Source: Candidatus Latescibacterota bacterium (lineage in GTDB: Bacteria; Latescibacterota; UBA2968; UBA8231). From it: a DNA stretch of 64,000 nucleotides. The position numbers were made by a program, and so were the translations under genes. The stretch is taken from contig CBDAOB010000003.1 of NCBI GenBank assembly GCA_965197905.1, positions 736,001 through 800,000 on the forward strand, read 5' to 3'. A model generated the notes under the pieces. It worked only from the letters and a program-made list of their open reading frames with translations. It was not told where the DNA came from and made no database searches. Within the stretch, counting starts at the first letter, position 1. The number at the start of each line of letters is the position of its first letter. Below are positions 20,604 to 29,312 of the stretch, one piece after another.

Positions 20604-22106
20604 CTAGGTAAGAATCGACGGCTCCAATCCCGGGGCATCGCTATCCGCGGGGAAGTAGGGGCGCTCCAATTTCTTGAACTCCACGTGTTTGAGCGTCGCC
20701 GGTGTTGGTCCCGGCGTATCGAGAACGATCGCTCCTTGGGCGATTTTGCCGTAGGCCAGGCGGTAATTCATCGGGTTCTTGGCGACGATGAACTTGGCGG
20801 CCGCGGGATCGAGGTCGACAGCGCGAAACTGCTCGTCCGACCAGTCGTAGGTCGCGCGGCTCATGATGAGCACGTGGACAGCGCCGATGGAGAATACGAC
20901 CGAAGGACCCATCTCGGCGTGAAGACCCTCCCATTGCCCACCTGTGTAGGTGAAGTAACCTGCGCTCAATTGCTCAACCCGACCCTTGAAGGTGCGCGAC
21001 TCTCCCCAACGCGGATCGAGTTTGTGCCCGAGTCGGATCTCCAATTCCGCACCGTCGCCAGCACCATGACATTGGGCGGCCGCTTCCGGGTCGACCACCG
21101 GTACAAGGGAAAGCTCTTGCACGCCACAGTCGACCAGCGCCGACAAGGTAGCGATGCTGTCGCCGGCAGCCCCACCGCCGCAGCAGTCGGCCGCCTCTAC
21201 AAGAATGACCGGGCCGCCATCGATCTCGAGCCCTTCGCGGATGGCTACATCGGGAAGCAGGATCTCCGGTTCCAGGTCGTATCGGCGGTCCCAGTATCGG
21301 CGGGCAATATCTGCGGCCAACTCCCGCGCCAGATTGATATCGTCGTCGGTAATGACCAGGCCGCCACTGCCCATTTGCGCCACGTCCATGTACGGATGGA
21401 TCAGGAAGAGGCTGGTGGACAACACCCCGTCCCTTTGCTCCAGACTCTTGGCGTGGCGCATCAGCTCGGCGAACGGATCATCGTCGTTGGTGGAGCCGTT
21501 GATGGCACTGGTTATTACGGGAACCTTCGCCATCGCCATCGTGGGACGGCAATCCCCTCTCAACATCCGCAGAATCAGACGTGCAGTACGCTGGCCAGTG
21601 CCATACTGGTCATGGTGCGGATAGGTTTCCCAACCGAGCATCGCGTCGGCGTCCCGCACCATCGCAGCCGTGACATTGGCGTGTAGATCCAAGCAGGTAC
21701 CGATGGGCGTATCCGGGCCCACGATCTCGCGTACGGCGCGAATCATGTCCCCTTCCGGATCGTCGTTGCCTTCTGCGAGAGCCGAGCCGTGGATCGGCAT
21801 CAAAACGCCGTCTACCGGTGAGACCCTTCGAAGGCCGTCGAGAAGCTCTTCGCGCAGTTGCTCGTAACAGGAGGCAACGATGGGTCCCCCGGCGCAAGCG
21901 GAAGCGTAGAGGATCGGGAGGGGATCGGCCTCTTCCATCCGCAGTGCGTCGAGCATGCCACCGACAACGCTGGTATCACAGTTGAGGAGTTGATCGCCGC
22001 GCAGCAGCTCGTTTTGCTCGTAGGTTTGCAGATTTATGGGCAACCCTCCGAGATGGTTGCACTCGGTGAGGATGCCCCCAATGGCAATGCGAAATCTATC
22101 GCTCAC
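20604..22106 (-). CDS. M81 (MlrC-like) metallopeptidase
   Basis: TECN, HGS, DLHAN, YPHHD and D..GGG motifs. Confidence 0.88.
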   Translation of the reverse strand: MSDRFRIAIGGILTECNHLGGLPINLQTYEQNELLRGDQLLNCDTSVVGGMLDALRMEEADPLPILYASACAGGPIVASCYEQLREELLDGLRRVSPVDGVLMPIHGSALAEGNDDPEGDMIRAVREIVGPDTPIGTCLDLHANVTAAMVRDADAMLGWETYPHHDQYGTGQRTARLILRMLRGDCRPTMAMAKVPVITSAINGSTNDDDPFAELMRHAKSLEQRDGVLSTSLFLIHPYMDVAQMGSGGLVITDDDINLARELAADIARRYWDRRYDLEPEILLPDVAIREGLEIDGGPVILVEAADCCGGGAAGDSIATLSALVDCGVQELSLVPVVDPEAAAQCHGAGDGAELEIRLGHKLDPRWGESRTFKGRVEQLSAGYFTYTGGQWEGLHAEMGPSVVFSIGAVHVLIMSRATYDWSDEQFRAVDLDPAAAKFIVAKNPMNYRLAYGKIAQGAIVLDTPGPTPATLKHVEFKKLERPYFPADSDAPGLEPSILT

Positions 22107-22993
22107 GGTCGTCCGTTTCTAGCTGATGGAGTCACCTGATGGCGCTCGAATTCCTCTGAAATGAATCTCGCGACGCTGTCCTCTTCGTTGGAGCCGATTA
22201 CCGCCGTGGCTGCTCTACGCAAGACCTCCTTGGCGTTGGAAACAGCATAACATCTGTCTGCAACTTCAAACATCTTCAGGTCGTTCACGTGATCGCCGAA
22301 ACAAACGGTCTCCGTGCCGTTGAGACCGACCATAGCCATCATGCACTCTATACCACTGGCCTTGGTGGCCTTTGCGTCGTGAACGGTCAGCCAATGCCAT
22401 CCGGGATGATAGAGATTCTCCATAACGTGAACCTCGACGCCCCGTGGGATCTCCTTCTCCACCCGCGCCCTGATCTGCTCTACCGTGGAATGACGCTCGA
22501 TTGTCGTCAAACAGACCACGCTTTCCTCGAAATGGTCACTGACGTGTTCGACAACGGCGAACCGAGGGTCGCCGGCGACCTGCCTGTCGTGCACATACCA
22601 GTTCATTCCCTTATTTATGGAACTCTCGTAATAGACCCGGTCCGATTCGCCGTTGAATGTGGATACAAAAGGTTGGACCCCGAAGCTGATGATGATTTCG
22701 TACGCTGTTTCGAGAATGGCTTTCTCGAGGTCGTTGACCACCAGTTTCCGATCGGATCCCATATCGGTAACGAAAGCACCATTGAACTCGATTACGGGGA
22801 GCGGCAGTTCCAGCCCACGGAGCATCGGTCGCATGGATACGACACTGCGTGCGCTCGCGACCGTGAATTTCAAGCCGGCGTGGATCAGACGGCACAGAGC
22901 AGAGTGCGAATAGTCGGAAAGCGTAGCATCGCCGCGAAGCAACGTTCCATCTAGATCCGATATGTAAACGGGAGTTGACGACGTACGCGACAT
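22103..22993 (-). CDS. Cof-type HAD hydrolase
   Basis: SDLDGTLL, ASARS, TKASG, FGDHVNDLKMF. Confidence 0.92.
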   Translation of the reverse strand: MSRTSSTPVYISDLDGTLLRGDATLSDYSHSALCRLIHAGLKFTVASARSVVSMRPMLRGLELPLPVIEFNGAFVTDMGSDRKLVVNDLEKAILETAYEIIISFGVQPFVSTFNGESDRVYYESSINKGMNWYVHDRQVAGDPRFAVVEHVSDHFEESVVCLTTIERHSTVEQIRARVEKEIPRGVEVHVMENLYHPGWHWLTVHDAKATKASGIECMMAMVGLNGTETVCFGDHVNDLKMFEVADRCYAVSNAKEVLRRAATAVIGSNEEDSVARFISEEFERHQVTPSARNGRP

Positions 22994-23008
22994 GAACCCT
23001 GCGAGCTT

Positions 23009-24754
23009 CTAAAGGAAAGAACTGCGCACCAGTCCCTCCTGCTCTTCCCATTGATGCAGGATGGAGCGGGACCGACGCAAATAGTGACGATAGCGGTCGT
23101 CGAGCAAGTTTTTCGACCTGTTTCCCAAGCGACCTCCAATCAGCGCATTGTATTTTCCCCGGGCTTGGGTAACGCGCCGGCCCTTTGGGTTGACGGCGAT
23201 CGTCATCAAGCGCTGTGAGTTGCCACTCCCGTCGGAGATCTGTAGGGAAAACACCGCCTTGGAGCCGCGCCGGCAGGTGTGCACGTAGGTCCGCACACAG
23301 TGATGCATCGCTTTGCCTTCTGCTACCAGCTCGTGGGTAGTGGTCACCTCCGAGATGGACCATGTGAGCATCTTGTCGGTCTCTTCGTCGTGCTCTGTGA
23401 CGGAAAGCTCACCCACGCCACAGGGTTGCCATTGATTCGAGGGGACCCGTTGATCTCGCACCAACCTCGCATGCCATTGTTCAACGTAGCGCAACAGCTT
23501 GTCCACGCTGCGACTCTTCATCGAGAGATTCGCTTGGAGAGGATCTTGTAACTCTATGCGCCCACCCGGCAAAACCACCTCCTGTCGTTCGAATTTCTGA
23601 TCCTGTATGTAGTCGACGATCGGTCCGATCCATTCGGGATCTAGCATGGGGTGTAACGTCAGCCAATGAATGAAAGTGGACCAGAAGGCCTCGTTCTCGA
23701 GTGATTCTCCAAGGCGGGTGGCGACCACTGCTTCGACCAATTCCTCGGATCCGTCCTGGCCAACGATCTGACCATAGCGCAACGCTTCGAACAGGGAGTA
23801 GCGATCCGGGGCAAGCAGAAACTCATGAGCCATTCGTTTTGTGAGGTTCACCGCGAGATCGGGGGCCGTCCGAATGTTGGCCCCCATACCCACGTGTATG
23901 AACCATCTCTGCTGCCGGTCCGTCTCCAGGGCATCCTCGGTCGGATCATGAAAGAAGGCGGTGTCGAAAAAGGCGGGCACGTGATACCTGGCCAGCAGAT
24001 GGCGGGCCAACGATCCGAACTGAAGGCGGGGATTGTGTCTCTCCGGTCGCCAATGGTCGGGACCGCGCAGCCAGTCCGCCTGCCGTCTGGCAAGAGCGGC
24101 CAGGCCGTCGATCCAGGTATTGCCCGTCCGGGCGCCAAAGCGGGTGATGGCTGGCGTTGAAACATCGAACAGATCCGCCCGCGACCGATCGACATCGAGC
24201 AGTAGGTCGCGAAACGCCTGGCGAACCGGCTGTTGATCGGACAACTGCCCGGCAATCTCCGCGATGCGGGCCATGTACTCGGGTCGCAGATCGTCCGTGG
24301 CAACCGAACCTTCGAAAATCCCGGTGATCGTATCCCGGGGTCGTCGGGTAATCCGGCGCACCTTGCGCAGAACCGCCTGGCTGGTCAGGACGCGTACCAT
24401 GTCCAGCTCTTTGCGTCGTGGACGGTCCCCTTTGTGCAGCGCGTCACTCAAATTCTGCTCCCGACACCAAGCCTGATAGGCCTGCGTCGAACCCAATCCC
24501 AAAGCTTTTACGTGGGCAAGAACCGCTTTGTCCGCCGCCGCCGCTTTAGCATCGCGTTTAACTGCGGCGCGCTCAACCCGGCGATCTTGCCAGCTCTTGT
24601 TGAGGGCAGCCGTAAAACCGTGCTCACGACACCAGTATTGATATTGGGCGACCGTCTGTAGTCCCAGAGACTCGATGTGATCGGTCAGATGAGCATTGGC
24701 CCGTGCCTGAGCACCCCGGCGACGACGTTTCCTTTTTTCGTTGGTCTTTGGCAT
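23009..24754 (-). CDS. PcfJ-like domain protein (paralogue 2)
   Basis: ELVAEGKAMHHCVRTY...LMTIAV...VTQARGKYN. Start MPKTNEK chosen by analogy with paralogue 1. Confidence 0.75.
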   Translation of the reverse strand: MPKTNEKRKRRRRGAQARANAHLTDHIESLGLQTVAQYQYWCREHGFTAALNKSWQDRRVERAAVKRDAKAAAADKAVLAHVKALGLGSTQAYQAWCREQNLSDALHKGDRPRRKELDMVRVLTSQAVLRKVRRITRRPRDTITGIFEGSVATDDLRPEYMARIAEIAGQLSDQQPVRQAFRDLLLDVDRSRADLFDVSTPAITRFGARTGNTWIDGLAALARRQADWLRGPDHWRPERHNPRLQFGSLARHLLARYHVPAFFDTAFFHDPTEDALETDRQQRWFIHVGMGANIRTAPDLAVNLTKRMAHEFLLAPDRYSLFEALRYGQIVGQDGSEELVEAVVATRLGESLENEAFWSTFIHWLTLHPMLDPEWIGPIVDYIQDQKFERQEVVLPGGRIELQDPLQANLSMKSRSVDKLLRYVEQWHARLVRDQRVPSNQWQPCGVGELSVTEHDEETDKMLTWSISEVTTTHELVAEGKAMHHCVRTYVHTCRRGSKAVFSLQISDGSGNSQRLMTIAVNPKGRRVTQARGKYNALIGGRLGNRSKNLLDDRYRHYLRRSRSILHQWEEQEGLVRSSFL

Positions 24755-24911
24755 CGAAATCGTTGATGGCGGTGTCCAGTCAATCTGCCTCTTCCGCGTG
24801 GTCAATGTCAAGCAGTAGCCTGACCCTCGAAGTTGACCCGGCCTTCCTTTTCGGTTTGATTGAAAACACATCTTCGGCTGTCGGCATTCCTTTTTGCAAA
24901 CTTGGGAAACA

Positions 24912-25940
24912 ATGGTAGAGATTGATGATGATCGTGAGGGGGAAGAGCCCGATATTCCCGTATTGCAAAAGGTGGGTATCGTCATGGTGGCCCTAGGTGA
25001 GGAGGTCTCGGGCGAAGTCATGAAGCACCTCAGCGACTACGAAATCGAAGAGATCACTCAGGCGATCGCCTCCCTCAAGAACATCTCTACCGAGTTGATA
25101 GACCAGGTTCTCGACGAGTTTGAGCAACACTTGATGGCCGGCGAGTGGATAGCTCAGGGCGGCATGGACTTCGCGCGTGCCGCTTTGGAACGCGCCGTGG
25201 GACCGCGACGGGCGCAGGAAATCCTTGAACGGGTCGGCAGCAAGGTCTCCTCCGGGTTCTACATTCTCAAGAATGTCGCATCGGACCAGATCGCCCCGTT
25301 TATTTCCAACGAGCACCCTCAAACCATTGCCCTGATTCTATCTCAGCTGGATTTTGCCCAGAGCGCCGGAATCCTGGCGCAACTTGCGGAGCGCCTGCAG
25401 GCGGATGTCGCCTACCGCCTGGCAACAATGGAGAATATTACGCCCAACGTCATCAAGGAGATCGAAGAAGCCCTCGAACAGTCCTTGAAGGATATTCTTG
25501 GCGGCGATCAGGACGTAGGCGGGCCGAAGGTGGTCGCGGACATACTGAATCTAACCGGTTCCAGCGTGGAAAAGAGTGTTCTCGATCAGATGGATGGTCA
25601 GGATCCGGAAGTGGCCGAAGCCGTCCGCAACCTCATGTTCGTTTTTGCCGACATCGTCAAACTGACCGATCGCGAAATTCAGACTCTGCTGCGGGAAGTC
25701 GATCAGAAGGACCTGGTTATCGCCTTGAAGACTGCCGAGGACGAACTCAAGGACAAGGTGCTGGGCAACATGTCCGAGCGCGTGCGCACCTTCGTAAACG
25801 AAGAGATGGAATTCCTCGGGCCGATGCGTGTAAGCGAGGTCGAAGAGGTTCAACTGAGAGTAGTGCAACAGGTCCGTCAGTTGGAGGAACAAGGTCAGGT
25901 TACGATCGTCCGCGGCGACTCCGAGGATGAGTTCGTATAG
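24912..25940 (+). CDS. fliG: Flagellar motor switch protein FliG homologue (orphan)
   Basis: EHPQTIALILS, GGPKVVADILN, MFVFADI, NMSER, E..GP.R..EVEE. Confidence 0.9.
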   Translation: MVEIDDDREGEEPDIPVLQKVGIVMVALGEEVSGEVMKHLSDYEIEEITQAIASLKNISTELIDQVLDEFEQHLMAGEWIAQGGMDFARAALERAVGPRRAQEILERVGSKVSSGFYILKNVASDQIAPFISNEHPQTIALILSQLDFAQSAGILAQLAERLQADVAYRLATMENITPNVIKEIEEALEQSLKDILGGDQDVGGPKVVADILNLTGSSVEKSVLDQMDGQDPEVAEAVRNLMFVFADIVKLTDREIQTLLREVDQKDLVIALKTAEDELKDKVLGNMSERVRTFVNEEMEFLGPMRVSEVEEVQLRVVQQVRQLEEQGQVTIVRGDSEDEFV

Positions 25941-25959
25941 CTATTAGATTCAGCGTCTG

Positions 25960-26724
25960 TTGAGGCCAGTCTCGTTATTAATTTGCATCGTAATCGTCGC
26001 CTCGCATCCGGTATTCGCTCAAGTGAATATGGAGAAGCTCCGGAGGCTGGATGAGGGGAAGGATCTGTCGGGGTCGTTAGAGTTCGATCTATCCTTCCGC
26101 ACGGGAAATGTCGAGACCGTTGAAGTGGGATTGGGTGGACGGGTCGACTACGTGGGCGATACAGCGACGACCCTGTTTGTTAGCGACGGCGACCTGGGGT
26201 GGCAGGGGGGACGGCGTTATTCCAATCAAGGGCTGGCTCATTTGCGCCAGGTGTATCGGCGCCAATTCCGCGTACAACCAGAATTCTTCGTGCAATCCGA
26301 TTATGACAGGTCGCGGAATCTGAGCTTCCGCGGTCTTCTAGGTGCGGGATTTCGAACGAGCCTGTTTAGCAGCCATGCCGCGCAGTTCTGGTGGGGTTCC
26401 GCTTACATGTTCGAACACGAACGGCTCGAGCTCAAGGCCAAAGACGATCATTCGGAGCGGGCGTCGGTCCACCGCTTGAGCAGCTACGTCTCGTCCAGGG
26501 TCAGACTCGAGAAGACGACGGCGCTGGCTTGGACGATCTACCTGCAACCCAAGTTGGACGAAATTGGCGACCTGCGAGTCCTGAGTGAGGGAGACGTGGA
26601 GCTGAAGCTGAGGCGTTCGCTTGTGCTCGTAACTACCGCTAGCATGCGCTACGACAGCCGCCCGCCCGCGAAAACGAAGTCGTTGGACACGGCGCTGAAG
26701 AGCGGCATCGCGTTTCGATTCTGA
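25960..26724 (+). CDS. DUF481-like outer-membrane beta-barrel
   Basis: Signal peptide, RTGN, RYDSRPP, terminal F. Confidence 0.75.
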   Translation: MRPVSLLICIVIVASHPVFAQVNMEKLRRLDEGKDLSGSLEFDLSFRTGNVETVEVGLGGRVDYVGDTATTLFVSDGDLGWQGGRRYSNQGLAHLRQVYRRQFRVQPEFFVQSDYDRSRNLSFRGLLGAGFRTSLFSSHAAQFWWGSAYMFEHERLELKAKDDHSERASVHRLSSYVSSRVRLEKTTALAWTIYLQPKLDEIGDLRVLSEGDVELKLRRSLVLVTTASMRYDSRPPAKTKSLDTALKSGIAFRF

Positions 26725-26787
26725 TCCGGAAGCGTGGCCGTGGAGGCAGCGATGACTGCCTACCGATCGCTTTGGCCAGTGGCAGGC

Positions 26788-28176
26788 TCAGTTGGTAGGC
26801 AACCCCGCAGCCAGCCAAGCTTCGAGTCCACCAACAAAGTCCAAAACCCTGGTTTCGGACCGGTCACGCATGATTAGACTGGTCGCGACCGAAGACCGAT
26901 ATCCGCTGGCGCAATGAATGACCACTTCGCCATTTGGAATCTCCTCCAGCCGCCTGCTGAGCTGACTCAGAGGTAGATTGACGCTCCCGGGGATGTGACT
27001 CTCTTGCCATTCGGCCGGGGCCCGCACATCGATCACCTGCAAAGCCTTCGACTGAAGTCGTTCTGACAACGTCGCGGCCGTGATGCGGTCCACCCTGCAG
27101 ATCAGCTCCTGTTTGGATTCGAGCGCCAGCATGCCGCTCTCCAAATACCCTGCTACCCCATCGAAGCCGATGCGTCCCAACCGCATCGCCGACTCTTCTT
27201 CGCGCCCGGGCTCGGCGATCAGTACGATCGGATCTTCGGCATCCAGCAGGGTGCCCGCCCATGTGGCATATTTTCCCTGGAGACCGACGTTGAGAGACCC
27301 CCTCCAGTGGGCGCCTGCGAACTCGGACGGCTCGCGGGTGTCGAGCAGAATAGCGCCTTGCTGCTGACGCTCGCAGACCTCATCTACAGACAGTCCCTTG
27401 AGCCCGTGACTGAGGGATGTGGCCAGCGTCGGATGTTCCCTGGTGTTCAAAATGGCGTCGTAGGTGAAATAGTCGGGGGTGTCCGGCTGATCGGCGGTGA
27501 CGATGCGAATGAACTCGTCCCTGCTCATCGGCTGCAGCGCATAGTTGTACTGGCGCTGGACGCCGATGGTAGAGACAGTGTCTTCGCTCATGTTCTTGCC
27601 GCACAGCGAGCCCGCTCCGTGTGCCGGATAGACCAGGGTCTCGTTCGGTAGCGGCAGCAGCTTTTGATGCACACTGTCGTACAACAACGCCCCAAGTTCA
27701 TCGGCGCTCCACCCCAACGCGGCGCGAAGATCCGGCCGGCCCACATCGCCAATGAAAAGAGTGTCTCCGGTGAGCACCGCATGGGGTTTGGTGTCATCCG
27801 CTTCCAGATCGTACACGAGAATCGAAATCGACTCGGGTGAGTGCCCGGGGGTCTCTAGAATCTGGAGTCGCACCTGGCCGAACTCGAGGGTGTCCCGGTC
27901 CTTCATCGGCGTAAACTCGTATTCCGCCTGCGCCCTAGATCCCAGATAGATCGTGGTACCCACCTGGTCCCTGAGTTCCAGATGCCCGGCCAGGAAGTCG
28001 GCGTGGAAGTGGCTGAGAAAGACGTGGCGAATCTCCATATCCAGGCTCTGCGCGTCTTCGAGGTAGCGGTCTATATCCCTTTGGGGATCGACAACGGCTG
28101 CAGTTCCGCTCTCCACATCGCCAATTAAGTACGAAGCGTGCGCGAGGCACCCGAGGTAGTACTGATTTAGGATCAT
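26788..28176 (-). CDS. MBL-fold hydrolase fused to rhodanese domains
   Basis: HFHADF, TPGHSPE, GDTLF.GDVGRPD, PAHGAGSLCG, HCASGYRS. Confidence 0.92.
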   Translation of the reverse strand: MILNQYYLGCLAHASYLIGDVESGTAAVVDPQRDIDRYLEDAQSLDMEIRHVFLSHFHADFLAGHLELRDQVGTTIYLGSRAQAEYEFTPMKDRDTLEFGQVRLQILETPGHSPESISILVYDLEADDTKPHAVLTGDTLFIGDVGRPDLRAALGWSADELGALLYDSVHQKLLPLPNETLVYPAHGAGSLCGKNMSEDTVSTIGVQRQYNYALQPMSRDEFIRIVTADQPDTPDYFTYDAILNTREHPTLATSLSHGLKGLSVDEVCERQQQGAILLDTREPSEFAGAHWRGSLNVGLQGKYATWAGTLLDAEDPIVLIAEPGREEESAMRLGRIGFDGVAGYLESGMLALESKQELICRVDRITAATLSERLQSKALQVIDVRAPAEWQESHIPGSVNLPLSQLSRRLEEIPNGEVVIHCASGYRSSVATSLIMRDRSETRVLDFVGGLEAWLAAGLPTN

Positions 28177-28227
28177 GGTCCTCTCCTATCCAAAAACCCA
28201 AGAAATCCTGGGTTAAAGGTAGGTCGA

Positions 28228-29151
28228 TCAGTCCGGCAAACAATCGAAGTTCTTAAAAATCCACAGCCGGCGCACGGTATTGACCCCCTGCCACTTCTTC
28301 TTCGCTGCTTCCCAGGCCTCGGGAAAGCTATCGCCCCAATTGTGCGCCGGCTCCCAACATCCGTTCTCTGCTTGTGCTTCGATTTCGAACGAGAGGTTTG
28401 CGGTGACCGCATCCTTGTGTTCGGAGAACAACCTGGAGTTTGGCGACGGAATTATCTCGAGGGGAGTGGTGCAGTAGGTGTGCCACTTGGTGGGATCCGT
28501 CTCGATGCTCCGATTCACGATTCCGGGAAGGTGTTTCTGCAACGCCTCCTCCAGAGAGCGGGGCAAAGATTCGACCTCGAACAGTCTGGTGTAACAAGCC
28601 AGATCGTGTACCTGCAGAGTTTCGATTGCAGGGAGACGATCGACTACGGCATCCAGCACCTCCTGCTGGATATCCGCGGTAGATCCGAAATTATACAGAT
28701 AGCCCAATACTTCGGGCCGTGGGTTATCTCGGTAGAAACTCCAGATCTCGTCGAAGTTTTCGGTATAGTGCCACCAGGGGGCGTGTGGTTTGCTGTTGTC
28801 GTGCGGCGTGATGAGCGGCCAGCTCTTGTACTTCTCAACGTAGGACTCAGCCAGAAAGTTCACGGCCTCCTGCGCCAGCTGGTGAGATTTGTCCAGCCCG
28901 AGTTCCATGAAGGTCTGCAGCGCGTGGGTGGTGCTGAGAACGTTCGGCTCGTTCGACCCGAAATCCGACTCGATGGCGCCGAATCCCCCATCCGCATGCC
29001 TGAACTCGGTCAACTCGTCAATAACCTGCTCGGGAGTTCCGCCTTCGAACAGAAACGAGAACTTCGCCTTCTCCAGGGGTCTGGCGTGCGCTTTGATGTA
29101 ACCGGCGGCCCTGTCGAACGCTTCGCGTGAAAACCGGGGCACCTTCGCCAT
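28228..29151 (-). CDS. Conserved hypothetical protein (prenyltransferase/terpene-cyclase-like barrel)
   Basis: ARPLE, DGGFG.IESD, PHAPWW, QAENGCWEP..WG. Confidence 0.65.
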   Translation of the reverse strand: MAKVPRFSREAFDRAAGYIKAHARPLEKAKFSFLFEGGTPEQVIDELTEFRHADGGFGAIESDFGSNEPNVLSTTHALQTFMELGLDKSHQLAQEAVNFLAESYVEKYKSWPLITPHDNSKPHAPWWHYTENFDEIWSFYRDNPRPEVLGYLYNFGSTADIQQEVLDAVVDRLPAIETLQVHDLACYTRLFEVESLPRSLEEALQKHLPGIVNRSIETDPTKWHTYCTTPLEIIPSPNSRLFSEHKDAVTANLSFEIEAQAENGCWEPAHNWGDSFPEAWEAAKKKWQGVNTVRRLWIFKNFDCLPD

Positions 29152-29242
29152 GAGAATCTCCTCTCCCAACAATAAATCAACTGCCAAACGGTGGTTGGCA
29201 AATAATCATTACAACTTTCAAGCAGGTTCGCAATAGCAGACC

Positions 29243-29308
29243 TTGCCTTTGAGTCTCCTTAAGCGTATTATTCAACAATCTGGTTTTCTTTAGCGAACTA
29301 AATGGAGG
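29243..29308 (+). promoter_or_regulatory. Sigma70-type promoter and RBS of the fused RNAP gene
   Basis: TTGCCT (29243-48), 17 nt, TATTAT (29266-71). GGAGG at 29304-08; ATG at 29313. Confidence 0.65.
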
Positions 29309-29312
29309 TTCT

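Noticed and set aside
24755..25021. N-terminal extension of the 670-aa ORF
   Set aside because: It overlaps fliG on the opposite strand, and the paralogue comparison supports a start at 24754.
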